From positions 3,448 to 67,447 of the forward strand of contig DATJRH010000011.1 of NCBI GenBank assembly GCA_035504945.1: a stretch of DNA of 64,000 bases, read 5' to 3'. The notes below the pieces were generated by a model that was not told the DNA's origin, searched no databases, and was given only the letters and a program-made list of their open reading frames with translations. The position numbers were made by a program, and so were the translations under genes. Of the stretch, positions 38,587 through 49,140 are shown piece after piece. Positions within the stretch are counted from its first letter, which is position 1; each line of letters starts with the position of its first letter. The stretch comes from Candidatus Aquilonibacter sp. Lineage in GTDB: Bacteria; Verrucomicrobiota; Verrucomicrobiia; Limisphaerales; UBA11358.

Positions 38587-39483
38587 TCAGTTTCGCAACC
38601 AATCGAGAGACAGGCGTTCTGGAATCATTCGCAAAGTTAACACCACGATTCTGCCCTTCTGACTTTGCTCAAGCCGCGCGTAATCATCCCACATGGAGCC
38701 GAGCAAAAGACCCGGACCGTCGTTTAAGAAAATCAATTTGGTTCGAAGCTTGTTGAGCTTCGTATACATGAACAACTCCTGCGCGCAGTTAAAATAACCG
38801 CCGGTGCGATCATCCTCTTGAGCGCCTCCCCGGTCAGAATCGTATCGCGCCAAACCGATTGCCAGAATCGAAGTTTTATCCTCATCGTATATGACGAAAT
38901 CCACGGGGCGGGAAAGATTCGGATAGCCGGTGAAAATATCGTGAAGCAGAATATCTTTGCCAGCGCCTTCCGGTCCTTTAACTGTCAGGGAGGGAAATTT
39001 CTCACGCAGCGTTTTGAAAAGTTTTGCGGTGAGGTCATACCCCTTTTTGCCTCGATCTTTGTATTCCCAAAGAACCGCACAAAGAGCCTCGTCTGGAATC
39101 GGGCGGGTTTTATACGCCTTTTGGACCTCTTGAACTGGCCGGAATTCTTTCCCGAAATATTCGATGATTTTTTCGCACGACGTCTTTTTTTTTAACATTT
39201 CCACCGGAGTATTGGGACTGACATATTTGCGAAAAACCCGCGCAAGTTGAATTCGCATCCAGCCTTCGGAAACGTCGCAAATCTGCCGGAACAAAGCCGC
39301 AGAAGATTCAGATGATTGGATGAATTGGCCAAATAGAATGAGAACCGGTTTATACAACTCGCAGGCTTGGGGCAAAATATCGGGGTAGAATTCGCCAGTG
39401 GCGAGCGTGATCCAATTATGCGCGTCTTTTTTGTAATCGCCGAAATTCGTTCTGATCGTTTTGTTTTTTTGGTTCAAGCGCAT
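38587..39483 (-). CDS. putative type II restriction endonuclease (possibly DpnII/MboI-like)
   Basis: 298-aa ORF 9 nt upstream of the methyltransferase on the same strand. RGKKGYDLTAKLF and PVDFVIYDEDKTSILAIGLARYDSDRGG resemble, from memory, the DpnII-family blocks (FDFVI...IE.NFY..GSK). Family assignment is unverified. Confidence 0.5.
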   Translation of the reverse strand: MRLNQKNKTIRTNFGDYKKDAHNWITLATGEFYPDILPQACELYKPVLILFGQFIQSSESSAALFRQICDVSEGWMRIQLARVFRKYVSPNTPVEMLKKKTSCEKIIEYFGKEFRPVQEVQKAYKTRPIPDEALCAVLWEYKDRGKKGYDLTAKLFKTLREKFPSLTVKGPEGAGKDILLHDIFTGYPNLSRPVDFVIYDEDKTSILAIGLARYDSDRGGAQEDDRTGGYFNCAQELFMYTKLNKLRTKLIFLNDGPGLLLGSMWDDYARLEQSQKGRIVVLTLRMIPERLSLDWLRN

Positions 39484-39489
39484 TGAGAT

Positions 39490-39852
39490 TTAACAGATTT
39501 GCCCGACCGGCACGAGAGCGTTTTGAAAATTATTTTCGCCGAAAATCTGGTCGAGCATGACTTTGACGTAGTGACTGGCGTGCCAGTCGCAGTGGTAATA
39601 AAAGCTGCCGGTCTTTTTGAGGACGCGGGCCAGTTGCACGCAGCGCGGGCGTCCCGCAGTCGCGGGATAAATCAAATCCACGCAGGCGTCGGGCAATTTG
39701 GCGAGCTGTTCCAGATTGTCGCCGCAATAAATGACGCGGGTGTCGAGGAGGCTGCTGGCGCGTAGCGGCGTTCGGGAGAGCGCCGCTGATTTCCGGCTTT
39801 TGGGCTTCACCGGCGGACTGCCGTCCGCCGCTACGTCCGATTTCTTTGCCAT
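39490..39852 (-). pseudogene. N-terminal remnant of a methyltransferase-nuclease fusion (locus A), with an internal deletion
   Basis: VIYCGDNLEQLAKLPDACVDLIY is followed directly by ...RPRCVQLARVLKKTGSFYYHCDWHASHYVKVMLDQIFGENNFQN, then an unrelated tail and a stop. The DPPF motif IV block expected after DLIY is missing. Confidence 0.6.
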
Positions 39853-39923
39853 GCGGCGAAGTTTGCGCGGGAAAACTATCGGCGTCAATTCCCGTCAAGT
39901 TAGGTATTTTCGCGCAAATAAAA

Positions 39924-39958
39924 TTGCAACTGTTGCACACGAACTTTAATTTGCGCCC
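39924..39958 (+). promoter_or_regulatory. sigma70-like promoter abutting the lolC/E start (TTGCAA-N17-TAATTT-N6-ATG)
   Basis: TTGCAA at 39924-39929, a 17-nt spacer, TAATTT at 39947-39952, 6 nt, ATG at 39959. No SD-like element fits in the gap. Confidence 0.5.
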
Positions 39959-41254
39959 ATGTCGAAACTGCCGTTTGAACTGCTGCTGGCGCTGCGCTAT
40001 TTGCGCCCCAAACGGACGTTCGTTTCCATCATCACGCTCATCTCCATCGTCGGCGTCGCGCTCGGCGTCGCCGTGCTCATCATCGTCATCAGCGTCATGA
40101 GCGGCTTCGACCACGACTTGCGCTCGAAAATTCTCGGTTTCCAATCACATTTGAGAATTTACGCCCTCGACTCGTCGGGAAGAATGGAAGCGATGGATAA
40201 TTACCGCGACGTGATGAACCTCGTGTCCTCGAACAAAAACGTCCGCGGCGTCGCGCCGTTCGTGCTCGGCCAGGTGCTGGTCGAAACCGAACCGCAGGAC
40301 ACGAACACGCAGGAATCGCTCACCGCCGCGCCGTGGTTGCGCGGCGTGGACCCGGCCCACGAAGCCGACGTCAGCATGCTGCCCCAAAGCATCACCAACG
40401 GCTCGTTCGATTTGAGCGGAGAAGGCGTGGTCATCGGCAAGGATTTCGCCGAGAACATGAATCTTTCCGTCGGCGACCACATTTCGATTTATTCGCCAGC
40501 CGATTTGAAAAAAATGAAGGAGCAGCAGGGCAAGCCCGGCGAGGAGGCCATTCTGCCCGACGACTACACCGTGACCGGAATTTTTGATGTCGGCTATTAT
40601 GATTTTGACGCCGATTTCATTTTGGTTTCGCTCGAAAACGCGCAGGACATTTACAATCTGGGCGACAGTGTTCACGGCTTGATGGTCATGCTCAACAATC
40701 CGTATCAAGCTGATGAGGTGCAGCAACAACTTATGCAAACGCTCGGACCTAATTTCGACATCACGACATGGATGGAGGACAATTCCGCAATCCTCGGCGC
40801 GCTGGTCGTCGAAAAAAACGTCATGTTTTACCTGCTCTTCTTCATCGTGCTTGTTGCCGCGCTTTGCATCTTGAGCGCGCAGATCACTTTTGTCGTTCAA
40901 AAGACGCGCGAAATCGGGATGTTAAAGGCGCTCGGCGCGACCAACCTTCAAATCTCCGGCATTTTCCTGAGCCAAAGCACCATCATCGGCGTGTTGGGCG
41001 TGCTGGCCGGTTGCGGCCTCGGCATTCTGGCCGTGGCGTATCGCAATGAATTTCTTGAATTCATGCGCCGAGCAACCGGCTGGCAGCTCTTTCCCGAATC
41101 CATTTACGGCTTCACCAAATTGCCGGCGATCATTGACGCCCACGACATCACCATCATTTGTGGATGTTCATTTGTGATTTGCATTCTTGGCGGCGTGCTG
41201 CCTGCGATTCGCGCCGGCCGGCTCAAACCCGTGGAGGCGCTGCGCCATGAGTGA
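39959..41254 (+). CDS. lipoprotein-releasing ABC transporter permease, LolC/LolE family
   Basis: MSKLPFELLLALRYLRPKR, large periplasmic domain, C-terminal FtsX-like TM bundle ending in [11 protein letters not shown]. Confidence 0.85.
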   Translation: MSKLPFELLLALRYLRPKRTFVSIITLISIVGVALGVAVLIIVISVMSGFDHDLRSKILGFQSHLRIYALDSSGRMEAMDNYRDVMNLVSSNKNVRGVAPFVLGQVLVETEPQDTNTQESLTAAPWLRGVDPAHEADVSMLPQSITNGSFDLSGEGVVIGKDFAENMNLSVGDHISIYSPADLKKMKEQQGKPGEEAILPDDYTVTGIFDVGYYDFDADFILVSLENAQDIYNLGDSVHGLMVMLNNPYQADEVQQQLMQTLGPNFDITTWMEDNSAILGALVVEKNVMFYLLFFIVLVAALCILSAQITFVVQKTREIGMLKALGATNLQISGIFLSQSTIIGVLGVLAGCGLGILAVAYRNEFLEFMRRATGWQLFPESIYGFTKLPAIIDAHDITIICGCSFVICILGGVLPAIRAGRLKPVEALRHE

Positions 41255-41921
41255 ACCGCTGCTCTCGGCCCGCAACCTCGCGAAAAGTTACGCAATGGGC
41301 AGGCGCACACTGGAGGTTCTCTGCGACGTGAATCTCGACGTCGCACGCGGGGAATTTCTCGTGCTGCGCGGCGCGTCCGGCGCGGGCAAAAGCACCCTGC
41401 TCCACCTGATTGGCGGGCTCGACTCGCCCAACGCCGGGGAGATTATTTTCGACGGCCGGGACCTCGCAAAATTTTCCGAAAGCGAACTGACCTATTTTCG
41501 CAACCGCCGCGTTGGCTTCATTTTTCAAGCCTACCACCTGTTGCCCGAACTCACGGCGCTCGAAAACATCTGCCTGCCCGCGCGCGTCGCCAGAACTTCC
41601 GCCGCGCAGGTTGAAAAACGCGGACGCGAACTGCTCGCCCGCGTCGGCCTGGCGGAACGCGCCGAGCACAAGCCGTTTGAGCTTTCCGGCGGCGAACAGC
41701 AGCGCGTCGCCGTCGCCCGCGCGCTCATCAACGAGCCGGAACTGCTGCTGGCCGACGAGCCGACCGGCAACCTCGATTCACGCACCGGCGGCGAAATTAT
41801 TGAACTCCTTAAAACACTTTCTGTCGAAAGACAGACGACGCTGGTTATTGCCACACACGATGCTAAAATCGGCGCGCAAGCGCGGCGCGTCATCGAATTG
41901 GCGGACGGGCGCATCGCTTGA
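41247..41921 (+). CDS. lolD: lipoprotein-releasing ABC transporter ATP-binding protein
   Basis: [11 protein letters not shown] (Walker A), [15 protein letters not shown] (signature), [12 protein letters not shown] (Walker B). Overlaps the permease stop. Confidence 0.85.
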   Translation: MSEPLLSARNLAKSYAMGRRTLEVLCDVNLDVARGEFLVLRGASGAGKSTLLHLIGGLDSPNAGEIIFDGRDLAKFSESELTYFRNRRVGFIFQAYHLLPELTALENICLPARVARTSAAQVEKRGRELLARVGLAERAEHKPFELSGGEQQRVAVARALINEPELLLADEPTGNLDSRTGGEIIELLKTLSVERQTTLVIATHDAKIGAQARRVIELADGRIA

Positions 41922-41953
41922 AAAATTTTCCGCCGCGTTTAGTTTGATTTGCC

Positions 41954-42841
41954 ATGCTTGAAGATCGCGATTATATGCGCCAGCCGGTTTACCACGAACC
42001 GCGCGTCTCGTTCACCATTGCGTTGTTGATTGTCAACGCGGCGGTCTTTCTCGTCCAGCTCGTGGCCTGGCACACGCCAAATGGCGCGGACATCCAGGAC
42101 AAGTATTTCGCCTTGAGCCTCGACGGTTTGAAAAGCGGTTACATCTGGCAACTGCTTACCTTTCAATTCATGCACGCCGGTTGGATGCACATTCTTTTCA
42201 ATTCGCTCGCCATCTTCTTTTTCGGACGGCCGGTCGAAAACTTTTTCGGCCGCGGCAAATTTCTGGCGCTTTATTTTTCCAGCGGCGTCATCGGCGGCCT
42301 CGTGCAAATGCTCTTTGCGCTTTTATTTCCGTCATTCGACGGCGCGGTTGTCGGCGCGTCGGCGGGCGCGGTTGGTCTTCTCGCGGCCTTTGCCGCTCTG
42401 TATTGGGCGGAACGATTCACGCTGTTTTTTTATTTCATTCCCATTTCCATGCGTGGAAGAACCCTTTTCTGGGCCAGTCTCGCGCTGGTGGCGGCCGGCA
42501 TGTTGACTCCCTACAGCCACATCGCCAACGCCGCGCATCTGGGTGGCATCCTCACCGGATTTCTTTGCGCGCGCCTGATGCTCCACGGACGCTGGCCGCA
42601 ATGGAAACTTCCCTCGCGCCGCAGTGAGCCGCGCGAATTTGCCGCCGCCGGCAACAATAAAAAAAGTTTCTGGCGTTCGTCGGCTGCCGCCAAGCCCGAC
42701 GAAGATTTGTCTGCCGACGAATTTTTACAGCGGGAAGTGGACCCCATCCTCGACAAAATTTCCGCGCACGGCATCCAAAGCCTGACCGCCCGTGAGCGCG
42801 AAATCCTCGAAAATGCCCGTTCAAAAATGGGGAAGCGCTAG
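41954..42841 (+). CDS. rhomboid-family intramembrane serine protease
   Basis: FMHAGWMHILFN, catalytic GASAGAVGLLAAF, and AHLGGILTG histidine helix, in a six-TM-helix pattern. Confidence 0.8.
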   Translation: MLEDRDYMRQPVYHEPRVSFTIALLIVNAAVFLVQLVAWHTPNGADIQDKYFALSLDGLKSGYIWQLLTFQFMHAGWMHILFNSLAIFFFGRPVENFFGRGKFLALYFSSGVIGGLVQMLFALLFPSFDGAVVGASAGAVGLLAAFAALYWAERFTLFFYFIPISMRGRTLFWASLALVAAGMLTPYSHIANAAHLGGILTGFLCARLMLHGRWPQWKLPSRRSEPREFAAAGNNKKSFWRSSAAAKPDEDLSADEFLQREVDPILDKISAHGIQSLTAREREILENARSKMGKR

Positions 42842-42872
42842 TTCGTCGAGGGTCGAAGGAAATTCTTCCGTC

Positions 42873-42900
42873 ACTCGACTCTCGACTCCCGACCCCCGAC
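42873..42900. repeat. 4 x 7-bp tandem repeat 16 nt upstream of the purB ATG
   Basis: ACTCGAC TCTCGAC TCCCGAC CCCCGAC. Confidence 0.8.
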
Positions 42901-42916
42901 TTTCTAACCTGCCGCC

Positions 42917-44251
<1,335 letters not shown>

Positions 44252-44271
44252 GCAACCACAGACCAACACGA

Positions 44272-44787
44272 ATGAACCCTCCCCGCTGCATCGTCATTGC
44301 CGGACCGAATGGCGCGGGCAAAACGACTTTTGCGCGGGAATTCCTGCCAAAGGATGCGGGCGTTATTCATTTCGTGAACGCCGACCTCATCGCCGCCGGG
44401 CTGTCCCCGCTGCGACCGGAACTGGCCGCGCTTGCCGGGGGTCGCCTGCTGTTGACGGAACTGGATCGTCTGGCCAAAGCCAGGACAGACTTTGCGTTCG
44501 AAAGCACGTTAAGCGGGCTGGGCTATTTGGGACGATTGCAGAAATGGAAGGCCGCCGGCTATCGCATTGAAATGGTTTTCCTGCGGCTGCACTCGCCGCA
44601 ACTGGCTTTGCGGCGCATTGCCGTCCGCGTGAAACAAGGCGGGCATGATGTTCCGCGCGCCGATGTATTGCGCCGTTTTGCACGCGGCTGGCGGAATTTT
44701 GAGGCCAGCTACAAACCGCTGGCGGATGCGTGGGCGGTGTATGATAATTCCGGGGATCAACCTCAATTATTGGAGACAAAACGATGA
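44272..44787 (+). CDS. zeta-toxin-like P-loop ATPase (COG4185-type)
   Basis: IVIAGPNGAGKTTFAREFLP Walker A, and HDVPRADVLRRF typical of the family. An alternative GTG at 44248 overlaps the purB stop. Confidence 0.7.
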   Translation: MNPPRCIVIAGPNGAGKTTFAREFLPKDAGVIHFVNADLIAAGLSPLRPELAALAGGRLLLTELDRLAKARTDFAFESTLSGLGYLGRLQKWKAAGYRIEMVFLRLHSPQLALRRIAVRVKQGGHDVPRADVLRRFARGWRNFEASYKPLADAWAVYDNSGDQPQLLETKR

Positions 44788-44936
44788 AAGCAAAGCATGG
44801 CAGACAAGAAGCGTTTGCGACCACGGTAGGCCGGGCGCTCCGGCGCGCGGGCCTGGCCGCTCGCAAAACTGCCCGCGCCCACGGCACGCCGATTTATGTC
44901 TGGCGCGGGGGCAAAGTAGTGGCCCAGAAACCCTGA
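44784..44936 (+). CDS. small basic ORF (50 aa) translationally coupled to the zeta-like gene, a possible antitoxin or partner
   Basis: ATGA overlap with the upstream stop. MKAKHGRQEAFATTVGRALRRAGLAARKTARAHGTPIYVWRGGKVVAQKP. Below the track length cut-off. Confidence 0.45.
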   Translation: MKAKHGRQEAFATTVGRALRRAGLAARKTARAHGTPIYVWRGGKVVAQKP

Positions 44937-44948
44937 CCTCCTGCCGTG

Positions 44949-45044
44949 GCGAAACATTTCAAGCCGGGCGAACTGGAAAAACTCTGTTCGCTCGACTTCC
45001 ATTTCAAGGAAGTGAAGAACCGGTTCAAGAAACTGGGGCTTTGA
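44949..45044 (+). repeat. duplicated (relic) purB 3' end
   Basis: By hand alignment 83 of 96 nt match 44156-44251, including the stop codon. It encodes AKHFKPGELEKLCSLDFHFKEVKNRFKKLGL*, versus AKHFAKGELEKLCSLDFHFKEVKSRFKKLGL* in purB. Confidence 0.8.
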
Positions 45045-45168
45045 GACGCGGTTTCACGGATTTGCCAGATTGAAATGCGCATCCGCGTCAATTCGCCAAA
45101 TTCGTGTCAGCTTCGTTAAATAATTATAAGGTTGTGACATCTCACACTTGGGGGCGCAAACTGTCAGA

Positions 45169-46002
45169 ATGGATCAGGCCATGAAATTGCCGCCAGAAAA
45201 AAAGAAGTCCGGGCTGGAGACGATGTTTTTTCGTTCGATCTGGATTTCGGACGTTCATTTGGGAATGCGGCACGCGCAGGTGGACGCTTTGCTGGATTTC
45301 CTGCGCCGGAGCGAGTGCCAGAACCTTTACATCGTGGGCGACCTCATTGACGGCTGGCAGTTGAAGCACAAGTGGTTCTGGCGCGATGAATATAACATCC
45401 TGATCCAAAAACTGCTTCGCAAAAGCCGTCATCGGACGCAAATCACCTACATCACCGGCAATCACGACGAATTTCTGGAGAATTTTGGCGAACTGAATCT
45501 GGGCAGCCTCAAACTGGCGCAACAGGCCGTCCACATCGGCGCTGATGGCAAACGTTATCTGGTCATCCACGGCCACCAGTGCGACGGCCTGGCGCATTTC
45601 AACCGGCTGCTCGACCACGTTGGCGCGCGGATTTACAACGGGCTGCTTTATTTGAACAGCTATTCCAATCGAATCCGCCGCATGTTCGGCTTCGGTTACT
45701 GGTCATTGGCGGCCTACCTCAAGTCCAAGGCCAAGTCGGCGGTCAACGTGGCCTCCGATTTCGAGCGCGTGCTGGCGCAGATGGCCCGGAATGAAAAAGC
45801 CGACGGCGTCATTTGCGGACACATCCACCGCGCCGAAATCCGGGACGTGGACGGCATTCTCTACATGAACTGCGGCGACTGGGTGGAAAGCTGCACGGCG
45901 CTCGTGGAAGACATGGACGGGAAATTTCGCCTGTTGCATCTGCGCGAGGATCAGGCTGCAAAGCGGGATTTGACTGACAAATCACACAACAAGCTACAGT
46001 GA
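45169..46002 (+). CDS. metallophosphoesterase, LpxH-like (UDP-2,3-diacylglucosamine diphosphatase family)
   Basis: WISDVHLG, LYIVGDLIDGW, ITGNHDEF, VIHGHQ, ICGHIH metal-binding blocks. Confidence 0.7.
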   Translation: MDQAMKLPPEKKKSGLETMFFRSIWISDVHLGMRHAQVDALLDFLRRSECQNLYIVGDLIDGWQLKHKWFWRDEYNILIQKLLRKSRHRTQITYITGNHDEFLENFGELNLGSLKLAQQAVHIGADGKRYLVIHGHQCDGLAHFNRLLDHVGARIYNGLLYLNSYSNRIRRMFGFGYWSLAAYLKSKAKSAVNVASDFERVLAQMARNEKADGVICGHIHRAEIRDVDGILYMNCGDWVESCTALVEDMDGKFRLLHLREDQAAKRDLTDKSHNKLQ

Positions 46003-46204
46003 ACGTGCTCGTATTGGAAGTCTTCCGGCTTGATGAGATGGCAACTAACTTTCATCGAATCACTCATAAATCAAATCTGCCGTCCCGTTTATCCCAACGG
46101 GATTCAAAACAGCAGCAACCACCAGGGCCGCTACAGCGCAATTTCCAACTGAAACTGGTATTAACCATTGAACTTGCAAACATTTCCGCCATCTTCATTC
46201 TAAA

Positions 46205-47023
46205 ATGAAAACCGTGCTCATCACCGGCTGTAGCTCCGGCATCGGCAGGGCCGCCGCAAAATTCTTTGCCGCAAATGACTGGAACGTCATCGCCACCCTG
46301 CGCTCGCCCGAAAAAGAAAATGAATTGATTGGCTCCAGCAACTTGCTGGTCACCCGGCTCGACGTTCAAGACCACGACCGCATTGCCCGCGCGATTGAAG
46401 CTGGCCTCGCGCGCTTTGGCCGCATTGACGCGCTCATCAACAACGCCGGCTTCAGCCTCGGCGGCGTGTTCGAGGGGATTCCGCGCGAAAAAATCCAGGA
46501 ACAATTCGCCGTCAACGTCTTTGGCGTGATGGAGGTCACCCGCGCGCTGCTTCCGCATTTCCGCAAAAACCAGAGCGGTCTCGTCATCAACCTCAGCTCG
46601 CGCGCCGGGCTGGTCGGCCTGCCGCTGAACACGCTCTATTGCGCCAGCAAATTCGCGCTGGAAGGATTCTCCGAAGCGCTCGCCTACGAACTCGCGTCGC
46701 AAAACATCATCGTCAAGCTCGTGGAACCCAGCGGCGGCGTGAGCAGCACCGATTTTGGGAAACGTGTGGCCGCCGAACGCGCGCAAACCGTTTCGCTGTC
46801 CGATTACGATGGATTCATCGCGCGCGCCAGTGCTGCATACTCCGGCATGGCCGCCAAGCGCATGGCCAGCGCCGATGAAATTGCGCAGGTGATTTACGCC
46901 GCGGCCACCGACGGCACGAACCGGCTACGTTACTTTTGCGGCGAAGACACCGGCGGTCTGATCAAAGCTAGACGCGAAATGAGCGAGGAACAATTTGTTG
47001 AATTCATGCGCTCACGTTTCTAG
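46205..47023 (+). CDS. short-chain dehydrogenase/reductase (SDR)
   Basis: MKTVLITGCSSGIGRAAA (TGxxxGIG), NNAG, YCASKFALEG (YxxxK). Confidence 0.85.
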   Translation: MKTVLITGCSSGIGRAAAKFFAANDWNVIATLRSPEKENELIGSSNLLVTRLDVQDHDRIARAIEAGLARFGRIDALINNAGFSLGGVFEGIPREKIQEQFAVNVFGVMEVTRALLPHFRKNQSGLVINLSSRAGLVGLPLNTLYCASKFALEGFSEALAYELASQNIIVKLVEPSGGVSSTDFGKRVAAERAQTVSLSDYDGFIARASAAYSGMAAKRMASADEIAQVIYAAATDGTNRLRYFCGEDTGGLIKARREMSEEQFVEFMRSRF

Positions 47024-47035
47024 CCGGAACCTTGA

Positions 47036-47235
47036 CACGAATTACACGAATTAACGCAAATTCACGGGATGCCAAATCAAAGCCCTGAAAGGGCGACAGA
47101 CATTAGCCCAGGGTCAGGACGCGCCGGTGGCCGTGCGCAAGCACTCACCATGGGAAAATGTCCCACAAAATAATTCTCCCTCGCCTCGTCCCGCCCTGCG
47201 GGAAGGAGAGGGCCGGGGTGAGGATTTCAGAGTTC
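47036..47235 (+). repeat. mosaic REP-like repeat, copy C3
   Basis: CACGAATTA x2-3, AAAGCCCTGAAAGGGCGACAGACATTAGCCCAGGGTCAGG, GGTGGCCGTGCGCAAGCAC, GTCCCACAAAATAATTCTCCCTCGCC, GGAGAGGGCCGGGGTGAGG (47205-47223). Confidence 0.7.
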
Positions 47236-47255
47236 ATCATCAGTTCAGTCCGGAT

Positions 47256-48503
47256 TCAATGCGAACGACCTCCCATTATCAGCATAATCACCCACAAAAG
47301 AATAATGGCAATGATCAAAATAATTCTTCTGTGCTGGCGAATCTTGTCCATGAAACCATATTTGCGAATGACGGGAGAAATGAGTTCGGTAGACTTTTTA
47401 CTTGCCGGCATGAAAGATGGTTTGGGTTTAACGATTGGTGGCAGTTCACCAAAACCAGCGGGTGTGGTCGGACGAGGATAACCCGCGCGAAGACTCAATA
47501 TACGGCTGCACGTGCTTGCCACTTTTTCCACGAAAGTTATATGTTCTTCAATCGACTCCGGAGGCACGGCGTCCGCCCTGGTTTGCAGTGCCAGACGCAT
47601 GGTGAAATGACCCGGGCCACCCCGATCGGTGCGGCTGATGGCGGCGAAATCAGTGCTGATGTCGGTGCGCGGCTCTTTTAACTTCACGCGGACAATGCTG
47701 CGATTGTCAATGTCAGCAACGTAATTGATGGCGCAGGGATACGGCAGCAAAAACGGGTTGTGGCGCTCATCCTCCTTGGGCGGCATCGGCAAAACGGTGT
47801 TGAGCCAGTTCCCGGGCATTTGGAATACGACCAGTTTGGGGTTGGCATGTTTGCCCAGCTTGAATTCAATCTCAAAAACCTCGGTCAGGACAAAAACATT
47901 GGCGTCACGGTCATCCTGACATTTGAGCTCACCGACACGCTTGGCGCTGCGATAACGATTGACCATGGCCTGCAATCGTTGTTTGCCCCATTCTTCCAGT
48001 CCGAGCTTTTCGAATTGGATGCGGTGCAGGTCGGCTTGATGGCCCTCGACTTGCAAGGTGACGGCCATCAGAGAAGAACCATTTCTTGTGTCGAGCAAAA
48101 CATGCTCATGTAAATCAAACAGATTGGAGATTTCCAGCTTTGGCGCTTCAACCAAACTGGTGGCCGCCGCATCCACCGGCAGGCCGTAGTCGTAAGCGGG
48201 AATAAAACGATTGAAAGCACCGCCCCCCTGTTGTTTTAACGTGGTGTCAATCCAGCGCCGTTTGCCGTCCACTTCCAATTCCACGATGGCATGGTTGAAC
48301 AAGGATGGCATGGGCATGAAATTTCGAACCGATTGGCGCAAGAATGTATTTACCAGCAGCGGCCGGGCGTGGACGCGCGCCGGGCGGAACTGATAGCAGC
48401 ACGTCCCGCCACGGCAGATGACGTGGCGGCCTGGGTGGAGGCGGTGCATGGACAAAATGGACGGAGTGGACGGACCAACCAGAGTGGACGCGGCGAAAAA
48501 CAA
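47256..48503 (-). pseudogene. 5'-truncated or corrupted transglutaminase-like (DUF3857/3858-type) protein gene with a C-terminal TM helix
   Basis: Only ...ARPLLVNTFLR....FNHAIVELEVDGKRRWIDTT remains of the transglutaminase core. The expected Cys-containing block upstream is garbled, and no credible N-terminus or signal peptide is present. Confidence 0.4.
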
Positions 48504-48545
48504 AAGTCCATCCAGTCCACAGTGTCCACACGGCCCACCTATCCA

Positions 48546-48683
48546 GAGATAGCCGCCAATGGCGCACTGGCGCTCATCATGGTGGCCAGCAGTTTATTGA
48601 GCCGTCAGGTGGCAGCGCAGGCGGCGGCTTTTGAAAAGGAAGGCGGTTTCACGGAGCGTCTTTACCGCGTGCGCAAACGAAGG
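48546..48683 (+). pseudogene. C-terminal remnant of a four-helix-bundle (23S rRNA IVS-type) protein
   Basis: EIAANGALALIMVASSLLSRQVAAQAAAFEKEGGFTERLYRVRKRR resembles the family suffix ...EEGGFTERLYR. No upstream part. Preceded by GTCCA-type short repeats. Confidence 0.4.
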
Positions 48684-48734
48684 TGCTCAAATAAGTTTAT
48701 GTGGCAACCATTTTTACTTTTTGCCGGATGTATC

Positions 48735-48998
48735 GACACCTCACCCTAACCCTCTCCTCGTTTTTGATTTGTTTTCTCCCGGATGACCCTCATCCGGTCT
48801 GCGGCCATGCATTTGTTTTTGCCCCACGTCCCTCACCTGTCCTGCGGACATCCTCTCCCGCTCCCACGGGCGAGGAATTTATTTTGTTGGACGTTTTCCC
48901 GGCGTAGGTGCTTGCGCACGGCCACCACGCACCAACACCGGGCTGGTTGATTAAATCCCGTTGGGATTTTCAGCGTATTTGAATTCGCGTCAATTCGT
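48735..48998 (-). repeat. mosaic REP-like repeat, copy C4 (inverted relative to C3)
   Basis: The reverse complement reads CACGAATTGACGCGAATTCAAATACG ... GGTGGCCGTGCGCAAGCAC ... GTCCAACAAAATAAATTCCTCGCC ... GAGAGGGTTAGGGTGAGG, in the same module order as 47036-47235. Confidence 0.65.
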
Positions 48999-49140
48999 GA
49001 AATGGACTCGCTCGCGCCCGCGCGCTCGGCCCTCGCGGGCTTTCGGCTTTGCCAAACTCCTTTCGCCGTTTCCCAAACGGCTCAAGTCATGTCAAAGCCC
49101 TTTGAACCTGCGTTTCGTCTGCGGGCATCTGTGGCCAAAA

